A DNA stretch of 62,389 nucleotides, from assembly GCA_009839975.1 (NCBI GenBank), contig VXOP01000361.1, positions 1 through 62,389 of the forward strand, written 5' to 3'. Numbering within the stretch: the first letter of the stretch is position 1; each line of letters begins with the position of its first letter. Origin of the DNA: Candidatus Poribacteria bacterium (GTDB taxonomy: Bacteria > Poribacteria > WGA-4E > WGA-3G). Both the position numbers and the translations under genes were made by a program. Below the pieces are notes generated by a model, which saw only the letters and a program-made list of their open reading frames with translations, was not told the DNA's origin and made no database searches. Positions 1-9,697 of the stretch are shown here, one piece after another.

Positions 1-22
1 GTTTCCGTCTACATCCCGCAAG

Positions 23-373
23 CTAAAGCATGGGGATTTGACGGGAGAGTGTTAAGAGGCACAGGTTTCCCCTTTTTCTGCTTGCCCCCAAATCCCAAAT
101 ATACCTATCAACAGCTCTAACAGAATGGTTTGCTTGTTTTGAAGCTGCTTCCAAAAGCAAAATTAATTGAATATCTGAAACTTTTCGATCTATAATTTTA
201 GATACATGATTCCTGACGTGTACATCAGGTTTGACAGTATCCGCTCCAAGAAGCATACGAAGATACTGAAAACCAGCGATCCCAAATCTTCTAATGTTCC
301 ATGTTTGATATTCTTCTGGTTTTGCTTGAATTGCCCAATTTTTGAGTGCTACTTCTTCCGAAACTTTATGATA
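23..373 (-). CDS. Hypothetical protein, possibly 5'-truncated (frame open 23..373, first ATG at 256)
   Basis: ORF track 23..256. The same frame stays open upstream to a stop at 374-376 with no other ATG. I could assign no motif. Confidence 0.3.
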   Translation of the reverse strand, partial: YHKVSEEVALKNWAIQAKPEEYQTWNIRRFGIAGFQYLRMLLGADTVKPDVHVRNHVSKIIDRKVSDIQLILLLEAASKQANHSVRAVDRYIWDLGASRKRGNLCLLTLSRQIPML

Positions 374-597
374 TTATAGTATAACAAATTTTCAGTCTGT
401 TTGTCAACGGAAGTAGCACAATGGGTGTGTAAAGTTTTTGGCATGAAATTGTGCTTCTTGCTAAAACATTTTCCATCATTACTCCTCTCCGCTCAACAAA
501 CATCGCCGGACCTCGGTATCACCAAGCTTTAGCTTGTATGTAGTATCACGCACACGTGGTTTTTGAAACCTAAAATTAAAAATAAACGTAAATTAAT

Positions 598-627
598 TTG
601 ACAAACATGTGCAGATTGTAGTATACT
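598..627 (+). promoter_or_regulatory. Sigma-70-type promoter (TTGACA-18-TATACT) for the LTD surface-protein gene
   Basis: TTGACA at 598-603, TATACT at 622-627, about 215 nt upstream of the start at 843. Confidence 0.5.
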
Positions 628-635
628 TTAAAATA

Positions 636-716
636 GCCTGTCGGGACCAGATTACCACGCGGTGCATCTCTGAGCACCGCTCTGATCCCAACTGATGTGG
701 TATCGGTAGAACAGGC
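636..716 (+). promoter_or_regulatory. Candidate structured 5' leader (nested stems), class unknown
   Basis: Complementary segments: GCCTGT 636-641 with ACAGGC 711-716; GGGACCAGA 643-651 with TCTGATCCC 681-689 (one mismatch); GCGGTGC 659-665 with GCACCGC 674-680; TACCAC 653-658 with GTGGTA 697-702. Confidence 0.3.
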
Positions 717-842
717 AACAGGTAATCCCTGTGATTATTAAATGATAATAATTAGGTTAGAAGATTGTTAAATTTTTAGGATTTTTACCCTGAAATCCGT
801 CCTAAAAAGTTTTTTATGATATTATGTAAGGAGAATTTTATT

Positions 843-3800
843 ATGAACTTGTCACATAAATTGACATTTTCTTTAGCATGTTTTATTGTGCTGTTGGCAT
901 TCACTGCATTGCCAGCCATGGCACAAACAATCTCAGCTACCTGGGTTCAGGATTATGATGACGACACAGCAGACGACCAGCCAGGATGGAACGTTACAGT
1001 TGCAGGTCTTACGGCGGAGGATAACGTAGACATTACATATTTAAATGTAAATCTCGCTGCAGCAGCTAGCGCCGGTACCCAAGCCGGTTTTGCTGACGTA
1101 GGAGCATCACCTGCCACATCTACTACAGGTCAAATCGCAGCTGCCCTTGGTAGTCAAATCGCAGTGCAAGTCGCAGCAGGCGCATCAGGAAGCGAAGTAA
1201 CTTATCAACGTGTAACCTTCCCAGTAGCTAGTCATGGTGCTACACTTACAGCAAAAGACTTGGTTAGACTTCCAATGTTAGCGGATCTTACCACTCCCCT
1301 ATACTATGCTAATTTTGGTGATATGGTAACCGTGACATTTAATTTCGCTGCTGCAGTTGCTGCTACGAATGGTGATCCGGTTGCTGACTTACATGTAAGT
1401 GATGTAACACTTGGTACTCCAGCGGATTGGCAATATATAAGTGTTAGCAAGAGTGGTATGACAAGGTCGATAACATATCGTTCAACTCATGCTGCTAATG
1501 CCACTTCAGTTACTAGTACAGTAAATATTGGTACTGCTTTTGCCACGCCTACTGATCCAGCAACAGACGGTCAAGCAACTATTCACTATGATAACACCGC
1601 ACCGACCGTAACTGATAATTCTGTTGGAATAGCTGCACCTCCTGGTTTCGGCACACCTCCTGACGGTATATGGAATAGTACTTTTATTCTCACTTTCTCC
1701 ATTTCGGATGATACAGATGGTAGTGGATTACCAGATTCAAATCCTGTCAGAATTCGCACAGACACTGCTAAACTTAGTGTAGATTCTATAGGTTTGGCTG
1801 ATGCAGACAATACTGTCGTCGGTACTGAGTATCTTGTTAGAATTACACCGAAAGCTGATCGTGTAACACGCGCTGGAGAAGATGTTCTTATCACTATAGT
1901 TCCTATTGATAAAGCCGGTAACGAAGGTAGTAGTATTACTTCAGTTAAGTTGACATTAGTAGAAGCTCCTCCGGTACAGCCAAATCGTGCACCTGACTTT
2001 GGAGCTAACACCATTCAAAACATAACAGCAACAGCAGGTACAGCAATAACGACGGTTACTTTACCAGCTGCGGTGGATCCAGATGGTGACTCGCTAATTT
2101 ATAGCATATCACCTACTTTACCTGCAGGTTTAAGTTTCAATGCTGGAACTCGTATGCTTTCAGGTACCCCCACAGCAATGATGGCACAGACAGCATATAC
2201 CTATACAGCTAGGGATGGTGATGGTGCAACTGACACAATAATGTTTAACATTACCGTCAATGCTGCACGTTCTTTAGATGAAGTAGCAACAGCGATGAGC
2301 AGTGCAGTTATCACAATTCAACCAGAGAGTTTCGTTGTTATCGTGCGAGACGAAGATGCAATGAATAATGAAGGTATACAGTTCCGTTCCGATGTTACCG
2401 TCGTTGAATGGCCAGGAATGCCTGATTTAGAACGGCTCTTCTATAGAGGCACTCAAGGTATTATCCTTGATAATGGTGGCGGTGGTGCAATTATATTAAA
2501 TGAATCCGCAGCACAAGCAAAAGATCGTCGTGTCGGTTCAGTCGGTATTAGTGAAATCATGTGGGCTATTGACAAAGGTTACCTCGGTGACGAAACCCGT
2601 GAAAAATCAAGTCAATGGATTGAACTTCACAATCTGAACGCAGCTGTTCAAGATAATGCTGATACAGCAGACGTTGATGAGTCTGATGATGGTGTTGCGA
2701 AAGTCTATCTATCTTGGAAAACAGGTCGCGATATTACCAGTGATTCCACGATAACAAGTGGTCTTTCAAATCCTGTGCTTGATGTTGTTACGAACTTCTT
2801 CAACAACCGTCCTGGCGGCCCTGCTTGGGATGTAAAAGGTAACAGTGGTAATAGTATTGCTGGTGAAGACTTTGCCTCAATGGCACGGATTTTACCGCAT
2901 AATAAATCTGCTTATGCCAATGCTGATGGTGCAAGATACGATAACCGTGACGGTAGAAACGCAGGGCACTGGAACGCATCTACATCAACTTACCTCAATG
3001 CACGTACAACAATAGCCGATGGTACCGATGTCGTATATCAGTATGAGGGTACACCTGGCCGTGCGAATCACGTATCCGTTCAGAACCAACCTCATGTTAG
3101 ACAGGCGCGTACAGCTAAACCTTCAGGTAATACTATTGTTATCAACGAGGTTGGAAACAATAGTAATGATGCTTATGATTGGGTTGAAATCCGCAATGCC
3201 TCTGGTGGTGAAATAAACCTCAAAAATTACCTAGTCACGAAAGTGACAGATAATAATACTGAGACTGTCATAGTTCGGTTCCCAGCCAATGATAATGTCA
3301 AGCTTGCTTCTAATGCAGTATTTCTCATACTAGCAAGTGAACCGGCAGATGATCTTGATCATCCGATTGCTGCTAATGGACACAACGTAGATAAACCAGC
3401 ACAAGAACAGGTACCGGGGACACCAAATAGTAAAGTCCGATACAAGGTATCCTCATTTAATTTGCCTAACGATGGCAATGTCGTGCTGATGGTGCGAAAA
3501 CCAGATAGTGGTCACAATAACGGACCTGGTGCACATAAAGACCAAGGCACATCTGAAACTGCGTCTACAGCGCATGGTCCCGACCTTCATCATATCGTAG
3601 ATATTGCTGGATACCACCCTAATTTACGTAAAGAAATGTATCCTAATCCAGTATCAAGCACCAACTTATGGCCACTCTATGCATTTGATCGGCCAAGTTT
3701 CACCAATAATAGGTTTGACCAAAATACAGTGCATCAACGTAACCGTACGGGAGCCTTAGCTAGTGATAGAGCCGGTGTTGGTTCTGCAAATAACAGGGAA

Positions 3801-5027
3801 GACCAGACAGCTTTCGGTAATAGAGGCTGGACAGGTGTCGGTTATAGACGTATGGCTGCCCAGACTGCAGCGAACGGCGGAACGCCTGGTTACTCGAATG
3901 GTGCCTTCCATGATAAAGGCGATGATATAAGAAGAACTGTGTATATCAGCGAAATTATGTACGCTGATGACGAACGTGGTTCGCTCCCACAGTGGATTGA
4001 ACTTCGTAATCCTTCTAATGCAATGGGTGCCAATTTACACAACTGGCGTCTTACCATCACCAACCACGATTCTAAGAATGCAGATGGCGATGCGTTTGAA
4101 GGCAGAGGTTCATCAACTGTCCTGCTTAGAGGTTTGGAAATTCAACCGAATTCTGCTGTGTTGATTACATCACGCAAAGGCCCTCGGTCCGATGTCCGTC
4201 TCTCAGATGATGGTATCTTCGTCTTGTACCCAACGCATAGAAACGCTTTCAGTATGGCAAATGCTACAAGTGATATTTTAAACTCTTACGGGTTTAAAAT
4301 CCGTTTAGAAGCGAATGCTCATGACACAAACAAGAAACATGAGTGGCAGTTAGTTGAGGAAGTCGGGAACCTTGCTGAACGTAGAACAGGTACTGAGTTG
4401 ATGAGAGGCGAAAGAACGGATACGGAACGTTACGACGCTCCTCGTTGGATGTGGCCGGATGCAAATACTGAAGATGATGCTCGTATCTCAGTGGCACGCA
4501 CAAATATGCGCGGAGGCACTATGGCTACTGGCTTTACGGTGTCAGATGGCAAATCGGAATCCGGTTGGATTCTCTCCAATATGGATATGAGAACCGATTT
4601 AATCAGTCCTACCTATTATGGGCATCGAGACGATTGGAGCACACCAGGTCAAACAAGAGGTCAACCACTCCCAGTTGAACTGTCCCATTTCCGTCCAACA
4701 CTGGAAAACGGTAAAGTTACTATCCAGTGGACAACGGAATCAGAACTTGACAACGCTGGATTCAATATCCTCCGTAGCGATACACGCGACGGTGAATTCA
4801 CACAAGTCAATGAACAGATGATACAGGGTAAAGGCACAACGGCAGAACGTAACACCTATAAATGGGTTGATACAACGGCAAAACCCGGTGCTGTCTACTA
4901 TTACCAAATTGAAGATGTCTCATTCGCAGGTCAACATAATGTACTTGCTACGACTAAGTTGAAAGGCTTGATCTCAGCAAAAGGTAAGTTGACAACACAA
5001 TGGGGCGACTTGAAAAACTTGCGGTGA
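843..5027 (+). CDS. Large secreted surface protein with three lamin-tail-domain (LTD)-like segments, one cadherin-like/putative Ig domain and a conserved C-terminal beta-sandwich-like domain
   Basis: AAGGAG lies 9 nt before the ATG at 843. Signal peptide ...LPAMAQ. Cadherin-like segment: AVDPDGDSLIYSISPTLPAGLSFN. LTD-like motifs: ISEIMWA..QWIELHN, VINEVGNN..DWVEIRNASG, YISEIMYAD..QWIELRNPSN. Confidence 0.8.
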   Translation: MNLSHKLTFSLACFIVLLAFTALPAMAQTISATWVQDYDDDTADDQPGWNVTVAGLTAEDNVDITYLNVNLAAAASAGTQAGFADVGASPATSTTGQIAAALGSQIAVQVAAGASGSEVTYQRVTFPVASHGATLTAKDLVRLPMLADLTTPLYYANFGDMVTVTFNFAAAVAATNGDPVADLHVSDVTLGTPADWQYISVSKSGMTRSITYRSTHAANATSVTSTVNIGTAFATPTDPATDGQATIHYDNTAPTVTDNSVGIAAPPGFGTPPDGIWNSTFILTFSISDDTDGSGLPDSNPVRIRTDTAKLSVDSIGLADADNTVVGTEYLVRITPKADRVTRAGEDVLITIVPIDKAGNEGSSITSVKLTLVEAPPVQPNRAPDFGANTIQNITATAGTAITTVTLPAAVDPDGDSLIYSISPTLPAGLSFNAGTRMLSGTPTAMMAQTAYTYTARDGDGATDTIMFNITVNAARSLDEVATAMSSAVITIQPESFVVIVRDEDAMNNEGIQFRSDVTVVEWPGMPDLERLFYRGTQGIILDNGGGGAIILNESAAQAKDRRVGSVGISEIMWAIDKGYLGDETREKSSQWIELHNLNAAVQDNADTADVDESDDGVAKVYLSWKTGRDITSDSTITSGLSNPVLDVVTNFFNNRPGGPAWDVKGNSGNSIAGEDFASMARILPHNKSAYANADGARYDNRDGRNAGHWNASTSTYLNARTTIADGTDVVYQYEGTPGRANHVSVQNQPHVRQARTAKPSGNTIVINEVGNNSNDAYDWVEIRNASGGEINLKNYLVTKVTDNNTETVIVRFPANDNVKLASNAVFLILASEPADDLDHPIAANGHNVDKPAQEQVPGTPNSKVRYKVSSFNLPNDGNVVLMVRKPDSGHNNGPGAHKDQGTSETASTAHGPDLHHIVDIAGYHPNLRKEMYPNPVSSTNLWPLYAFDRPSFTNNRFDQNTVHQRNRTGALASDRAGVGSANNREDQTAFGNRGWTGVGYRRMAAQTAANGGTPGYSNGAFHDKGDDIRRTVYISEIMYADDERGSLPQWIELRNPSNAMGANLHNWRLTITNHDSKNADGDAFEGRGSSTVLLRGLEIQPNSAVLITSRKGPRSDVRLSDDGIFVLYPTHRNAFSMANATSDILNSYGFKIRLEANAHDTNKKHEWQLVEEVGNLAERRTGTELMRGERTDTERYDAPRWMWPDANTEDDARISVARTNMRGGTMATGFTVSDGKSESGWILSNMDMRTDLISPTYYGHRDDWSTPGQTRGQPLPVELSHFRPTLENGKVTIQWTTESELDNAGFNILRSDTRDGEFTQVNEQMIQGKGTTAERNTYKWVDTTAKPGAVYYYQIEDVSFAGQHNVLATTKLKGLISAKGKLTTQWGDLKNLR

Positions 5028-5080
5028 GGAAATCAGGGATAAATCAGGGATAAATTTAATCTACTAACCTACCACAAGGA

Positions 5081-5112
5081 AAGGGTGTGCTGAGAAGCAC
5101 ACCCTTTTTTCT
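5081..5112 (+). terminator. Rho-independent terminator
   Basis: AAGGGTGTGC (5081-5090), loop TGAGAA, GCACACCCTT (5097-5106), then a T-run. Confidence 0.8.
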
Positions 5113-5514
5113 TAATCAGATCATTATCACTCTTCGGTGTCAAGTCCTCTTTAGTCCCGCAGGGACGATATGTGTAGAACAAAGACATTAGATAAACATT
5201 CCGTAACATAGGCTTTTAACTTCTTGACAAAGAGAATTAGATGTGTTAGAATAAGAGTAGACTTTAGTATTTTAATCGCACCACTATTCGGAATAGAAAA
5301 ATATTTGGAATGGAAACATGTTCTGTTTACTAAAGTAAACAATACTTTGTCCGCTTTAATCGCACCAATTTGGATACTGAGAGGCCACGTTACATAACAG
5401 TGATGTGGTCTCGTCAGTTATAGAATTCAGTTGGATTAAAATCGAACATGTGGTATTATACACACCATGTTATGCCTATTAACTAATGTGTACATACATC
5501 TAAGGAGGGAAAAC

Positions 5515-6885
5515 ATGTTCCCAAAAAATAGTATGGTGCGATGGCTTTGTCCAAAGAATAGAAAGTTCCAATCTTTACTAACATCCTGTATTGTCTTTTT
5601 CTTGATAACTTTATCATTCGCGATGGCTGATACGACTGCAGAAAATAGTGCAGAAGTTGAGCCTAAGAAGAGCCCGATAAAAATCGGTGGGGCAATGCGT
5701 GCCAACTACGTCTACGGTACGTATGAAGATCGGACGCGATATGGTAGTTCCGGCGATCCGTATTTGGAGGATGATGGTAGAGGTGCAAACTTTGGTGATG
5801 TTGATCTTGAATTGCTACGACTGAACGTCGACCTTGACTTTCATAACGTCATTGGAAAGATGGAATATCGATGGTATCCGAGGTATTTTGGTAGTTCAAT
5901 CGGTTACAGCATGATACATACTGCCTGGTTGGGTTATGATTTTGAGGATACGGGGACGCTCAAAGCAGGTATTGTGCGGGTGCCTTTTGGACCAACAGAC
6001 TACGGTGTTTCTACCAGCTGGTTTTTTGACCAGCATTTTTATGTTGGCCTCGCAGATGACCCTGATGTGGGAATCGTATGGAATAACAACACTGGCAACC
6101 TGACTTATGATGTAGGTTATTTCCTGATGAGTGAACCCCAGACGATAGGAAATAGTCTCAATAGTTCAAGATACGGATACGATGTTGTAAAATGGGAAGA
6201 ACAAGCAGATAAAGATGGAAATGTGCTATGGGGTGTTGAGGAGAATGGTTTTGATGAGCAACATCAATTCAATCTTCGTGCAATCTACGCCATTGAAAAC
6301 GTCGCTGATATAGGAGTCTCAGCACAATTCGGTTTGCTGCAAGGAACGAATGTAGGAAACGATGAAAGCGGAAACCACTTTGCTCTTTCTGCACACATGA
6401 AGAACTCCGCAGCAGACTTCACGCTCTATTCACAGTTTACCTATTACGCACACAATATTACAGAGGATACAGCGTGGGGTACCGGTGACTTGATTCCGAT
6501 GGGTGCTTACGAATTTGCATGGCCTGTTGCATCTGAAGGGTTAATACCTGCACTTTCCCTACGTTATGGTGGGATTAACACGGAAAACATCTCATGGTTA
6601 AACAGTGTCCTGCCATACATAGAATGGAGTACTATTCTCAAGACTGTTGAAACTTACAACCCAAGCACGCTTGTAACCCTTGGGATAAATTGGAACATCT
6701 TTGATTCACTGTATGTCTATAGCGACTTCGCTTTATCTAATGGTAATTCCTTTGTAGGTAATAGTGCAGGTGACGGTATCAGAGAAGGTTACGGAAGTAT
6801 CTACGATGGTGCGGGTGATGTTGGTGCCAACGGCAATAACGTTTGGAACTGGCGTCTTAATTTTAACTTCGGTGTTTATTTCTAA
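5515..6885 (+). CDS. Outer-membrane beta-barrel porin-like protein
   Basis: AAGGAGG at 5502-5508 before the ATG at 5515. Signal peptide. Alternating aromatic/Gly-rich beta-strand pattern. C-terminal ...NFNFGVYF (terminal Phe). Confidence 0.6.
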   Translation: MFPKNSMVRWLCPKNRKFQSLLTSCIVFFLITLSFAMADTTAENSAEVEPKKSPIKIGGAMRANYVYGTYEDRTRYGSSGDPYLEDDGRGANFGDVDLELLRLNVDLDFHNVIGKMEYRWYPRYFGSSIGYSMIHTAWLGYDFEDTGTLKAGIVRVPFGPTDYGVSTSWFFDQHFYVGLADDPDVGIVWNNNTGNLTYDVGYFLMSEPQTIGNSLNSSRYGYDVVKWEEQADKDGNVLWGVEENGFDEQHQFNLRAIYAIENVADIGVSAQFGLLQGTNVGNDESGNHFALSAHMKNSAADFTLYSQFTYYAHNITEDTAWGTGDLIPMGAYEFAWPVASEGLIPALSLRYGGINTENISWLNSVLPYIEWSTILKTVETYNPSTLVTLGINWNIFDSLYVYSDFALSNGNSFVGNSAGDGIREGYGSIYDGAGDVGANGNNVWNWRLNFNFGVYF

Positions 6886-6953
6886 TTGGTTCACACCCTT
6901 CTCATGTAGTTGAATCTTGTGTAGACTACTACTCTAAAAAAGGAGAATCCTAA

Positions 6954-8663
6954 ATGCACGAAGAAGAAAAACAACCGCTACAGATGCCGCATCAGGTAGA
7001 TGAAGGTAGGTATAAGAAACTATTCGGTTTAAACATTTACCTAACACCTGTATTCGTGATTTCTGGTATCACCATTGTTTTATTTATAGTTGGTTCACTT
7101 ATTTTTCAAGATCAAGCGACAAAACTATTCGGAGGTGTGCGAACCTGGCTTACTACCAACCTTGATTGGCTTTTTATGAGTACTGCTAATCTCGTGGTTC
7201 TCTTTTGTTTGATTGTAGCAATATCACCTCTTGGCAAAATTCGGCTTGGCGGTCCAGATGCAAAACCGGAGTATTCCTATTTAACTTGGCTAGCGATGCT
7301 TTTCGCTGCAGGTGTGGGGATTGGACTGCTATTTTTTGGTGTGTTAGAACCTGTCACATACTATCAGGCTCCCCCCCTCGGTGTTGAAACGGTATATGAT
7401 AAGGAAGCAGTTTACACCGAAGTTGATGTTCAGACAGGAGATGCGTTACAGGCCGAAGATGCGGATAAAGGATTCAGCACCAAGAAGTTTTACAACGCTG
7501 AGAGTGTCCCTGACATAGAAGACAGCACAGTTAAAAGGGCAGCTTCTTTAGGTATTGCCGCAACAGTCTTTCATTGGGGATTACACGGGTGGGGTGTCTA
7601 CGGCATTGTAGGCCTTGCACTGGCGTTCTTTGCATATAACCGAGGCTTTCCCATGCTTATCCGCTCCGCTTTCTATCCTATATTCGGGGAGCGTATATGG
7701 GGTTGGCCGGGACACATCATTGATACATTTGCCATTTTTGCTGGTATCTTTGGATTGGCGACTTCACTTGGATTAGGGGCTAAGCAAGTAACTTCCGGGC
7801 TTAATGCCCTATTCGGCATACCCGCAAATAATCTAACCATGATTCTGTTAATTGTAGGGATTACTGCCATCGCTCTTATATCAGTGATGACTGGTATCAA
7901 TGTCGGGATCAAACGTTTGAGTCAGTTCAACATAATCCTGGCGTTTGTTCTGCTCATAACTATTTTCATTCTCGGACCAACGCGTTACATCTTTCAAAGC
8001 ATGTTCTCTGGATTCGTAACTTATGTCAAGGAGATTGTTCCACTGAGCAATTGGATTGGGCGTGAAGATACAGGTTTTTTACACGGTTGGACAACCTTTT
8101 ACTGGGCATGGTGGATCGCTTGGGCACCGTTCATCGGCACATTCATTGCAAGGATATCAAAAGGGCGTACTGTGCGTCAATTTGTCTTCTTTGTGCTTAT
8201 ATTGCCGACACTTCTCTGTCTTTTGTGGTTTAGTGCATTTGGCGGAACCGCCATCCATCAATTCCTATCTGATGGATATGCTAGTGTAACAGAAATTGTT
8301 GAGGCGTATGTGCCTGAAATGGCTCTGTTTGAGATGTTTAAAGAACTTCCGATGACGATGCTCCTTTCCTGTGTTGCGATGCTGTTAACAATCATCTTTT
8401 TTGTTACATCTTCAGATTCTGGTTCGCTCATTGTTGATATAATAGCCGCTGGTGGCAAGGTTGATGCACCAGTTGCACAACGGGTTTTCTGGTGTACTGC
8501 TGAAGGTTTAGTTGCAATAGCACTGCTACTCGGAGGAGGTTTGAGGGCTTTACAAGCCGCATCCCTTGCAACAGGTTTTCCTTTCGCCATTGTGCTGTTA
8601 GGTATGGGTGGATGTGTCCTTGCTGGCATGATAAAAGAAAGAAGGGAAGCAATAAAGCAGTAA
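6954..8663 (+). CDS. BCCT-family (betaine/carnitine/choline) transporter
   Basis: Polytopic membrane protein with the Trp-rich BCCT signature ...WTTFYWAWWIAWAPFIGTFIARISKGRTVRQF... GGAG RBS upstream. Confidence 0.85.
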   Translation: MHEEEKQPLQMPHQVDEGRYKKLFGLNIYLTPVFVISGITIVLFIVGSLIFQDQATKLFGGVRTWLTTNLDWLFMSTANLVVLFCLIVAISPLGKIRLGGPDAKPEYSYLTWLAMLFAAGVGIGLLFFGVLEPVTYYQAPPLGVETVYDKEAVYTEVDVQTGDALQAEDADKGFSTKKFYNAESVPDIEDSTVKRAASLGIAATVFHWGLHGWGVYGIVGLALAFFAYNRGFPMLIRSAFYPIFGERIWGWPGHIIDTFAIFAGIFGLATSLGLGAKQVTSGLNALFGIPANNLTMILLIVGITAIALISVMTGINVGIKRLSQFNIILAFVLLITIFILGPTRYIFQSMFSGFVTYVKEIVPLSNWIGREDTGFLHGWTTFYWAWWIAWAPFIGTFIARISKGRTVRQFVFFVLILPTLLCLLWFSAFGGTAIHQFLSDGYASVTEIVEAYVPEMALFEMFKELPMTMLLSCVAMLLTIIFFVTSSDSGSLIVDIIAAGGKVDAPVAQRVFWCTAEGLVAIALLLGGGLRALQAASLATGFPFAIVLLGMGGCVLAGMIKERREAIKQ

Positions 8664-9095
8664 AAACTCTGTGCCGTTCAAAATAGGCAGGTATCCGTTT
8701 TGGGTATCTGTCTTTTTCTTTTTATTGTTGCATTTAGCGTGGTGGGTATGCTATACTAATCAGAATTGGTTGTTAAGAGTTTTTAAATAAGAAAAGGGGG
8801 TTGCTTTCACAACACCCCCAAATAGGATAAAAATAGGATACCACAAAAAGCATGGAATGTCAAGTAAAAAAGACAAAAAAGTTCAATTTTTTTTTGTGTA
8901 TTCTATTTTTTTTATTATAGGAGAAGAAAGATGGTGCTAAATCCATCCTTGCGTTTAGGCATTTTGAATGCCACCCCAGTTTCGTGTCATAATTTAGAGG
9001 CTCCTGAGTTAGTTGAGTCGACTGAATTTAACATACCTCACCCAACTGTAGATACCACGATGCAGTTGCCTTTTGGTTTTAGTAGTGCGTTATCT
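8652..9095 (+). repeat. Truncated copy A of the rep-like gene control region plus its first ~55 codons
   Basis: Aligns by eye with 12243-12717 and with the reverse complement of 32275-32796. It lacks a ~110-nt block present in the other two copies. Homology stops at about 9095. Confidence 0.85.
8782..8828 (-). ncRNA. Predicted countertranscript (antisense) RNA, copy A
   Basis: Minus-strand TTGACA (8858-8863), 17-nt spacer, TATCCT (8835-8840). Followed by a GGGGG..CCCCC hairpin (8796-8819) and a T-run. Confidence 0.4.
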
Positions 9096-9233
9096 GATAC
9101 GTGTCCTTTAAAATACATTCTAACAGTTCATGAAATAGGGCGCTCACAACGCCCTATCTCCTTAACTCACAAAAGTATACCAAAATACACTACTTTTGTC
9201 AAGCATAAATATAGACACAGACTAAGTTTATAG
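8931..9233 (+). pseudogene. Truncated rep-like gene (only the N-terminal ~55 aa are homologous)
   Basis: MVLNPSLRLGILNATPVSCHNLEAPELVESTEFNIPHPTVDTTMQLPFGFSSALS matches the N-termini of 12553..13665 and 31326..32438, then runs into unrelated sequence. Confidence 0.8.
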
Positions 9234-9421
9234 CAACTTTTTCATAAAAAAAGATAAACATGCAAACACTAAAAGATATAAGCAAAACTTCCCTCACATT
9301 ACTATGCCTTAAAAAAATACCCTGGAAATAAAAAACAAAACAAAAAATCTTAATTTGTCAAATCACCCGTAGACATGGTAGAATAATATCAGATAGACTC
9401 AGAATAAAAAGGGATCAACAC

Positions 9422-9655
9422 ATGCCAAGAGGACGAAAACTTACAACAGAACAAATACAACAAGCAGCAGCAGACCGAAGAAATGGCATGACCTGGAAAG
9501 CACTTAGCATAAAGTATAAAGTCGCAGTCAATACGATTAGGTATAGTTTAGCCGAGTATTCTGATGAGTTTGCTCCAACCGTGACAATGCTACGACCACA
9601 ACTCGAAAATCAACTCAACACCGCACGATCCGAAAAAAAGGCAGGCACCCAATAA
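9422..9655 (+). CDS. Small HTH DNA-binding protein (resolvase/transposase-type HTH)
   Basis: GRKLTTEQIQQA..NGMTWKALSIKYKVAVNTIRYSL. Confidence 0.5.
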   Translation: MPRGRKLTTEQIQQAAADRRNGMTWKALSIKYKVAVNTIRYSLAEYSDEFAPTVTMLRPQLENQLNTARSEKKAGTQ

Positions 9656-9697
9656 AGGATACCTGCCTGTAAGGTTTGTTATGTGATGTGAGAGGCG

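Noticed and set aside
1-40. The window starts with GTTTCCGTCTACATCCCGCAAGCTAAAGC, which superficially resembles a CRISPR repeat.
   Set aside because: The sequence is not repeated anywhere in the window, there is no spacer periodicity, and it lies at the 3' end of an ORF.
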